Part shown: positions 56,807 through 64,000 of the stretch, one piece after another
Position numbering within the stretch: position 1 is the first letter of the stretch
How the letters are laid out: the number at the start of each line of letters is the position of its first letter
Assembly (NCBI GenBank): GCA_003554965.1
Contig: PWHR01000038.1
Coordinates: 15,495-79,494 of the forward strand
Reading direction: 5' to 3'
Length of the DNA: 64,000 nt
DNA from: Thermoplasmata archaeon
Lineage (GTDB): Archaea; Thermoplasmatota; Thermoplasmata; Halarchaeoplasmatales; Halarchaeoplasmataceae
Notes under the pieces: generated by a model
Database searches by the model: none
Seen by the model: only the letters and a program-made list of their open reading frames with translations
Told to the model about the DNA's origin: nothing
Position numbers and translations under genes: made by a program

Positions 56807-59800
56807 TTATTTATCATCCTCGTGTTCATCCTCTTTTTTTTCTTCTTTGATATCTTTCTCTGAGTCATTTTCAACTTCATCCTTGCTGTCCCTATACCAC
56901 AAGATGTAGGTTGTAGATAGAGAAATGACAAAGATCATCAACAATATAATCTGGATGATCTGTTGGAGTGAGAGTCCTCCCTCACCATCTTCTTTTTCTT
57001 CTTCTGTAGTAAAGTTCCATGTATCCGAACTGATCTTGTTTTCTTCTTTATCTTCTACCACCACGTACCATTCATAATCAGTATCTTTCTCTAACTCTCC
57101 CCAATCTATCGAGACTATTTCATCTGAACTTATATTTTTTACGCTCTCGATGTGTTCTCTATCATTTTTATCTGATCGGTAGAAAGAAACTTCCATCTCC
57201 TTGTTTTCCGGATGGGTTATATTTACACTCAAGGTCGGTGCTGTGGAAACATTCTGAGCTCCGTCCTTTGGCTTCGGATCTTCTGGTGGGCTTGGCCTTG
57301 CATCTAATACATCTATGCTTTCTCTAAAGAGTACGTGATAATTTTCGTCCCGTATCTCTATCACTTTCTCACCACTTTCTTTGAAATGATGCTCAAATGA
57401 TAGTTCGTGTTCAACAATTTCAGCTGGTATATTCTCTGAATGCATTTTTTCCTCATTTATGTACAGATAAACCTCATGAGACTTTTCCTCTTGGTTCATC
57501 AACACCGCTTCGATTAAGGCAGGTTCCATCCTATAGATATTTTCTGATATGTCTAGTGATTTTGGTTCTATCGTCATCTCATCTACGATCCTCACTTTTT
57601 CTTCATCCTCTCCTATATTAACTATGAATACTCCTTCATCAGAAAACTGATGATTTTTCTCAATAGTTGTAGTCTCATCCCCCTCTAGAACTTCCTCCCA
57701 GGATCTTATCTGGTAGCCTTCTTCATCTTTTATCTCTAATTCGACCTTTTGATACGTCGAAAGATCGTTCTCGATCTCCGCCGTTATCGAAACACTTCGG
57801 CCGGCTTCACTGTAGATAGGATCTACATCTAATGTTTTAACTTCGATTTTTTCATTTAGAGGATATGTTCCAAAGTTCCAAGTATCTGATTTCGCACTGT
57901 TCTCACCATCATCTGCTACTGCATACCAATCATATCTCTCACCATATTCCAACTCATCCCATGTCACTATAGCTCTTTCACCGGATTCTATCCCTTCAAC
58001 TTTACCGATCTCGTTGTCATCGTTAGCACAATAAAAAATTACATCCATAACTTTATTATCTGCATGACTGACGTTCACACTCAATTCTTGGGATGAAGAG
58101 GCAAACTCAAAACCATCTTCTGGACTCGGGTCATATGGATTTTCGGGACCTATCTGCTTTTGAACAGTCTCAAATGACCATGCTCTCGAGGTTGTTTTAT
58201 CCGACTTATCTTCCACTTCTACATACCATCTATAGGTCTCGCCTAGAGAAAGATCCTCCACTTTTATGCTCGCGGCGTCTCCACTTTCGACCTCATTATC
58301 CTTTCCAAGAAGATCGCCATCTTCACGATAAAATCTTACTTCCATCGGGCTTTTTCCGTCATTGAATGCCTCGACTTGCAGAGTCGTATCCGGGCTCACA
58401 TCTGTTTCACCCTTTTCAGGGGAAAATAATTGAACAGTAGGGCTTTGCTGAGAAGCGACGACCGAGACCTCCACAGAATCTTCCACCTGATTACCAGCGT
58501 TGTCGATCGCTTTTACGGTCAGTGTATGTTCTCCATCGGTGAGAGGATCAAAGGTATGGTTCATCACACTGGAACTACTCGCCAAATAGAGCCACTCTTC
58601 TCGAATATCGCTCTTAACCTTGTAATGAGATATCCCTGAGTACTCATCCTCAGCATACCACTGTAGGAAGACGTTAGAAGTCACCTCGGATCCTTCTTTT
58701 GGCCTAATTATCTCAAGGGAAGGTGGATCTGTATCTTTGACCTCTATGTTTCTTATGACTTCGTTTTTATCCTCATTCCCTTCTCTATCTTCAGCTCTCA
58801 CAGCGAACTTATGTTCACCTATCTCTTCCACTGATATATCAGCCCATGTTTCCTCAGTAGTTTCTATAGTATCCTCAAAACACATATCTCCTTCTTCCAC
58901 ATGATATATATTGTAAGTTATAGGTTCAGAATGATCTGTGGCAGGAAGCCATTCTAGGGAGACTCGTTTTTCAGAATGATCTGAAACATAAAGGGATCTA
59001 AGCCCGTCAAACTCCGGTGGTCTTTCGTCCTCTAGCTCTATAGTTTTGACATCAGTTTCGTTGTTTTCTAAACCTAATGAATTAACCGCTGTGACTTTGA
59101 TCCTGTGCTCGGATCGAGGCTCCAAGTCTCTCAGTACGATGGAATCGTTTTTTGTGCTTTTTCTCCAATTAGAATGATCGAAGTCCTCTACTTCTTTTGC
59201 GACGTGCACACGGTAAGTTATCGGTTTTGAGAAGTCTTCAGCAACATTCCACTCCAGTTCTACAGAGTTGTTAGAGAGAATCGTATATTCACTTATACCT
59301 TCAAAATCAGGTGGATTCACGTCCTTCACGTTTATCTTTTCTTCCTGATAAGCCCTTGCTCCTGTCTGATTATGGGTCACCTTCAAAATAACATCATGGT
59401 GACCTACCTCTTCGAATACGTACTCAACGTTCTGTCCATATCTCTTTTCCTCTCCAAAGATCCATGTCCAGTTGAGGTCAGTTGATGTACTGGACCCGTA
59501 AAAGCTGGTCTCCTCGCCTAGTACAGGAGATTCGGAGTAAGAGAAGTTTACGTATGGAGGTACTGATTGCGTAGTCACCTTCCTTCTTCTATCAAAATCT
59601 GGAAATGGGGTCGAGAATATCTCTATGATCGAAGCATCAGGGAGATAATTCTGAAAGAGTCTAAAATCATCAAGGACTATGCTTTCAAGATATTCTGCTA
59701 TCTTCAAAGGCGAAGAACTCGAATTCAACGGCTCCATTTCTTTTAATTTAAAAGAATCAGTATAGTTCCAAAGATCCTCGTCACTGCTGATATTTACATC

Positions 59801-62800
59801 TCTGTTCGCGAGGGTTATATTGAGATATGATAGTTTTTCGTCTACCCGCTCGTAGCGGACACCGATGAAAAACCATTCATCGAACTCTACATCCTCAGCA
59901 TGGGTGGTTACTGTCCGTGTATCATCATTCCAGAGTTTTACAGATAATTCATCCTCCTCAAAACTCACTTGCCAAGAACCGTTTTTCTGGAACAGTTCGC
60001 CTTCAACCGGATCATCTTTTAATTTTATCAAAGAAGATAATGAGAATTCTTCACTATCATCAGTGACGTTCAGACTCGAACAGCTAGGGACTCTCATCAT
60101 ACCTGATGATCCTTCTGATGATCCTTCGAATCCCGCATAATTCCCGTGGGTGCGCATCTCTCCATCATGGTCTTTTATCGAATAGTTCTCTTTCAATAAG
60201 GCAGTATTTTCATTTTTGCTTTCATCTGAAACTTTGTTGGAATCAACACGGTTAAAATCGTAATGTGCTGCCTGCCATTTCTCGATGACTTCTTCTTTTT
60301 CCACATAGATCATCCTAGGTTCTTCGATTGAAAAATCGTTATCGAGCTCTCCATGTGAATACTCATCCTCTATTGAGATATATCTCAAATATCCCCAGCC
60401 GTCTCCTTTATTTTCAATTATCATAGGGGTCGCAGTTTCGCCTGTTTGAAAGGTGTAGAATTTTCCAGTATCGTTTTCATGAAAGGATAAACAGGATATC
60501 GTCCTTCCAGAGAAAACGGTTTCATTCTCTAATACAGTCCATACTCTCTGTCCATCAGTTTCTACTTCTGCTCTTTTCAGTGAGCTGTGATCTTCTATCC
60601 ACGAAACTGCGAGATCATCTTCATGCTTGGAAAGGACTACCTCAGAGATGGTATCTACAGTTTCTCTGACAATATACATTTCACTTTCCTTTAAATGGTC
60701 GTTAGAGGCCTCTATATCGACGATCACAGTTTCGTTGTAGCAATCTTCTTCCCCACCATCTTCGAATTCAACATTTCTTATAAAAGAAAGAGCTATATTT
60801 TCATTATTAGATATCACTGAAGGTGAGGAAGTGGCTGACATCCTTTCTTCAGTATGCCATACTTCCTCGACGCCTCTATTTTCTTGGGAAAAATCTCCCC
60901 TGATCAAACCGATGGTCCCCTCCGTGGTTGATCCTGTCTCAAAAATATCGAAGCCCACTTCTCCTCCTCTATATGAGATGTGAAACTCCTCGTCGTTCAA
61001 GCAGACATCATAATTGTTTATAGGCCCATCTTCATAAGAGTAGTTCAAGATCGGACTGGACCATCCTTCTGTTGGAGACCATGTTCTAGCCTTTATGGAG
61101 CTTTTCTCAAAAAAATCTTCACTGCAAGTTTCTTCGCCTATCTTTTCATCCACACCCATATAAAAAATGATCATCTCCTCACCGTTTCTCTTCATCAACT
61201 GGGGATCATATACCGATGCAGGCACGTCTTGGATGACTGATCTTTCTCCCCAACCATCTTCATCATAGACACGGGTATGTAGATCAGAAGTTGCGTCGCT
61301 GTTCGAAGTGGAGATCTCGCTCCATACAGCCATACCTGCTTCATCGTTCAAAAATGCAATCTCTGGATCGGAATCTGGAGACACGTAATCTCCCAGCCTG
61401 ACGACTCCTTCGGGAGTATTATCTTCTAGCTCTGTTTCGAACTCATCACTTACTCCATCCTGTCTTGTGAAGAGTCTATCTGTACTGAACACTTCTCTTT
61501 TTTTCATATCTTCTATATCTCTTGTCCTCTGGACTATATCAGAATCGATATCCACGCTGAAGAGAGGCCACGACTCAGATCTTTCCCAAAGTCCCCAGAG
61601 CGCCTCTGCCGTTACTTCGAATTCCCCATTTAAGTCTAGACCCCTTTCCATAGAAGGTATTTCGATACCTATATCGAGTTCACATATTAGTTTACCCTCT
61701 ATTCTAGCTAATCCTGCACCTGCTTCTGCATAGGGCCCTCCACCGAATTCGATCTCCATATCAATAGGAACATCCCCATCGGGAAGTTCTGGGTTGACCC
61801 TTTCTTCTCCATGGTCGTAGGAGAGGGAGCCTATCTCGAATTCTACCTCCATACCGCTTTCTATTCCAGCCGTCAGTCCCGCCTCTCCGATCCCTATAGA
61901 TTTTAGAGGTATGTCTATACTGATCTCGCTCTCGAATTCTAGTTCTAAACTACCTTCCGTTTTGATCTCTAAATCATTCGGATCGACGATCATATCTAGA
62001 TGTAAATTGATTGAGGTTCCGATCTCAGATTCTCCACTGTAATCCAATGTATTACCAAAATCACTTTTAAACTCTCCAGAGCCCATATGATCTTCAGCTA
62101 CATCCGTAGTGAAGCTCAATAATCTGGTCTCGACAGTGTTTTCATTATCGATGATCAACTCTTGATCTGGCCAGGCCTCAAGTTCGAATCCGTATGCTCC
62201 TCCAAAAAAGTCCGCGAGCTTATTTATGTTTGAATCGAGTATGGAAGAGATGTTTATCATATCAAGGGCCTCATCAGCCTGAACGTCCGGTTCATACTCC
62301 AGCTCCCATCCAGTGTAACGCTCCTCGTCTCTTTCATTCTCTATAGTCAATTCTCCGGAATGTTCCATCATATGATATGCCCAATCGGGCATATCCATGA
62401 TGTTCACTTCTTTCTCGTTATCATATATTGTTTCATCTTGATCAGAGTCGAATGGATTTTCGTATGAATTCCTATGTTCGTTATAGAGCAACGGCTCGGC
62501 CTTGACTTCACAGTCTTTCTCTGCATCACTGACTTTCATGGTCCGATTCCAGAAAGCTACATCTTCTTCGGTATGATCTATTTTTGGTCTTTCAGTGAGA
62601 TCGTTATCTCCGATCGATTGGTTTTCAAGACTTGGAGAGGTAAAATTTATCGCCCTATACGGCAGATCTTCGTGCCCCTTAAATACATAAGTATTTTTCA
62701 GCTCATTTTCATCGGACAATATCGGTAGAAGATCATCTGGGATATGGAAAAAGACCTCATTTGAGTCTTCTATCTCGTAGGTGGAGGTCAGTCCATATCG

Positions 62801-64000
62801 ACCCAGAACCCAAGCGCTCTGGAGACTCCTCCTTTTTACACCCTGATACTCTAGTTCTAACATCACGCTTTTTAGCCCTACATCCTCGTATTTTTCCGTA
62901 ACATCTATAGCGCCCGTTCTTTTTGAATCCCATTGTGTGCCTTCACTCTCATTGTATGCGAGATCCCATCTTATCTCAAATTCCTCCTTATTTGGTTCTT
63001 CATCCTCTTCCACAAATGGAAAGAATTCTTTGATCTCGTACGAGTTAGTTTTAGCACCGGTCATCTCATATTCGAAGTACTTAGCTCTCGTTCTAAGAAC
63101 GGTTGACTTCTCTCCTTCCCCCTTTCTGTTCACCGCCGTGATCTTATAGAGATGATCTTCAGTTTCATTATCTTCAGATATCTGATCTTTGTAGGTATTT
63201 GAAGGTGATGTATGATTTTCCTCTAAAAGCTCGAATCCTCCTAGTCCTTCCCTTTTCCTGTATATATTATACCCATCGATCCCGTCCTTCTCGGAGTAAA
63301 GACCGTCAAAGATCGGTTCATCCCATTCTAAGATGACATCGCCATATTTCGAATGAGTCTCAAAATTTTGTGGAGGAAATGGAGTTCTATTCTCCAGGAG
63401 AATACGACCATACAAAAGGTCCTCATTGGTTTTATCATGGTAACTCAGATGTGCCTCCATCCCCATATCCCCTATCTTAAGAGAAGTGTGAGTCCCTACC
63501 CTATCAGTAGAATCCACCTCTTTGATCGTCCATCCACCTTCTTTTTCCCTCCATGCCAATCTAAGATTTTCTTCATCCCAACGATGGTAACTGATCACCG
63601 GCTTTCCCTCTCCGGTCAGATCGATGGATGTATGCGTCCCGACAAAATCTGTTTGAGGGTCTACCTCCTCGATCTTCCAAGTTCCATCAACATTGGTGAT
63701 ATATTTTAGACTGTAATCCTCATTTGTCCATTCATAGCATGATATATGTGGATGGTCATCTTTATCTAGGACCAATGAAGCATGTCTACCTATCCGTAAA
63801 TTTTCTGCATCGATAAACTCATTCGACCATCCATCATCTCCTCTGTAGGAGTATATTAAATCCGTATTATACCATCCATGATGAGCTATTTTAGGTTCAT
63901 CATCTGAATCTAGGTCGATAGAGCTGTAAAGGCCAACTCCTTCACCTTTTCCTGTCATGACTTCTTCGGAATTCCAGCTGCTCTGAGAGGCTTTAGCATA
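56807..64000 (-). CDS. Giant multidomain cell-surface protein (propeller-like repeats, FN3, PKD, LamG-like, Ig-like repeats, C-terminal TM anchor); 5' end outside the window
   Basis: Frame stays open from 63958 to 64000 (YAKASQSSWNSEEV-M); S.DLD....P.I.Y repeats; FN3 LEW...YNIYR...YKITAVN; PKD WTWIFG; C-terminal IIQIILLMIFVISLSTTYILW plus charged tail. Confidence 0.85.
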   Translation of the reverse strand, partial: YAKASQSSWNSEEVMTGKGEGVGLYSSIDLDSDDEPKIAHHGWYNTDLIYSYRGDDGWSNEFIDAENLRIGRHASLVLDKDDHPHISCYEWTNEDYSLKYITNVDGTWKIEEVDPQTDFVGTHTSIDLTGEGKPVISYHRWDEENLRLAWREKEGGWTIKEVDSTDRVGTHTSLKIGDMGMEAHLSYHDKTNEDLLYGRILLENRTPFPPQNFETHSKYGDVILEWDEPIFDGLYSEKDGIDGYNIYRKREGLGGFELLEENHTSPSNTYKDQISEDNETEDHLYKITAVNRKGEGEKSTVLRTRAKYFEYEMTGAKTNSYEIKEFFPFVEEDEEPNKEEFEIRWDLAYNESEGTQWDSKRTGAIDVTEKYEDVGLKSVMLELEYQGVKRRSLQSAWVLGRYGLTSTYEIEDSNEVFFHIPDDLLPILSDENELKNTYVFKGHEDLPYRAINFTSPSLENQSIGDNDLTERPKIDHTEEDVAFWNRTMKVSDAEKDCEVKAEPLLYNEHRNSYENPFDSDQDETIYDNEKEVNIMDMPDWAYHMMEHSGELTIENERDEERYTGWELEYEPDVQADEALDMINISSILDSNINKLADFFGGAYGFELEAWPDQELIIDNENTVETRLLSFTTDVAEDHMGSGEFKSDFGNTLDYSGESEIGTSINLHLDMIVDPNDLEIKTEGSLELEFESEISIDIPLKSIGIGEAGLTAGIESGMEVEFEIGSLSYDHGEERVNPELPDGDVPIDMEIEFGGGPYAEAGAGLARIEGKLICELDIGIEIPSMERGLDLNGEFEVTAEALWGLWERSESWPLFSVDIDSDIVQRTRDIEDMKKREVFSTDRLFTRQDGVSDEFETELEDNTPEGVVRLGDYVSPDSDPEIAFLNDEAGMAVWSEISTSNSDATSDLHTRVYDEDGWGERSVIQDVPASVYDPQLMKRNGEEMIIFYMGVDEKIGEETCSEDFFEKSSIKARTWSPTEGWSSPILNYSYEDGPINNYDVCLNDEEFHISYRGGEVGFDIFETGSTTEGTIGLIRGDFSQENRGVEEVWHTEERMSATSSPSVISNNENIALSFIRNVEFEDGGEEDCYNETVIVDIEASNDHLKESEMYIVRETVDTISEVVLSKHEDDLAVSWIEDHSSLKRAEVETDGQRVWTVLENETVFSGRTISCLSFHENDTGKFYTFQTGETATPMIIENKGDGWGYLRYISIEDEYSHGELDNDFSIEEPRMIYVEKEEVIEKWQAAHYDFNRVDSNKVSDESKNENTALLKENYSIKDHDGEMRTHGNYAGFEGSSEGSSGMMRVPSCSSLNVTDDSEEFSLSSLIKLKDDPVEGELFQKNGSWQVSFEEDELSVKLWNDDTRTVTTHAEDVEFDEWFFIGVRYERVDEKLSYLNITLANRDVNISSDEDLWNYTDSFKLKEMEPLNSSSSPLKIAEYLESIVLDDFRLFQNYLPDASIIEIFSTPFPDFDRRRKVTTQSVPPYVNFSYSESPVLGEETSFYGSSTSTDLNWTWIFGEEKRYGQNVEYVFEEVGHHDVILKVTHNQTGARAYQEEKINVKDVNPPDFEGISEYTILSNNSVELEWNVAEDFSKPITYRVHVAKEVEDFDHSNWRKSTKNDSIVLRDLEPRSEHRIKVTAVNSLGLENNETDVKTIELEDERPPEFDGLRSLYVSDHSEKRVSLEWLPATDHSEPITYNIYHVEEGDMCFEDTIETTEETWADISVEEIGEHKFAVRAEDREGNEDKNEVIRNIEVKDTDPPSLEIIRPKEGSEVTSNVFLQWYAEDEYSGISHYKVKSDIREEWLYLASSSSVMNHTFDPLTDGEHTLTVKAIDNAGNQVEDSVEVSVVASQQSPTVQLFSPEKGETDVSPDTTLQVEAFNDGKSPMEVRFYREDGDLLGKDNEVESGDAASIKVEDLSLGETYRWYVEVEDKSDKTTSRAWSFETVQKQIGPENPYDPSPEDGFEFASSSQELSVNVSHADNKVMDVIFYCANDDNEIGKVEGIESGERAIVTWDELEYGERYDWYAVADDGENSAKSDTWNFGTYPLNEKIEVKTLDVDPIYSEAGRSVSITAEIENDLSTYQKVELEIKDEEGYQIRSWEEVLEGDETTTIEKNHQFSDEGVFIVNIGEDEEKVRIVDEMTIEPKSLDISENIYRMEPALIEAVLMNQEEKSHEVYLYINEEKMHSENIPAEIVEHELSFEHHFKESGEKVIEIRDENYHVLFRESIDVLDARPSPPEDPKPKDGAQNVSTAPTLSVNITHPENKEMEVSFYRSDKNDREHIESVKNISSDEIVSIDWGELEKDTDYEWYVVVEDKEENKISSDTWNFTTEEEKEDGEGGLSLQQIIQIILLMIFVISLSTTYILWYRDSKDEVENDSEKDIKEEKKEDEHEDDK

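Overview
Archaeal chromosomal window with a strongly acidic (D/E-rich) proteome, GGTG-type ribosome-binding sites, thermosome, Dph5, Trm5, uL16/L10e, aIF2-beta-TRAM and a tRNA-Phe without encoded CCA. By inference it comes from a halophilic Thermoplasmatota-like lineage. It is mostly dense housekeeping sequence. The left end (1-5.5 kb) holds glycan-modification genes interrupted by an accessory patch: a HepT/MntA toxin-antitoxin pair, a decayed AAA-ATPase gene with tandem palindromic operators, and a tnpB-only IS200/IS605 element. The ends of that element (3281/4597), its TAM (TTAT), omegaRNA and guide can be reconstructed by eye, and its RuvC is of the rearranged (Gly + downstream Glu) type. 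Other notable items are a CRISPR-less Cas4 nuclease split by a duplicated transmembrane hairpin, a phosphomevalonate-dehydratase small subunit fused to a Nudix domain, and an RFC small-subunit paralog with Walker B and sensor-1 substitutions. There is also a zinc-ribbon/coiled-coil gene broken by an in-frame TAA, a copper/iron island whose genes share an ATAACGGTG leader motif plus a DtxR-type box, and a >2390-aa surface protein running off the right edge. No CRISPR array or rRNA was seen. All calls come from motif recognition by eye, with no database searches.
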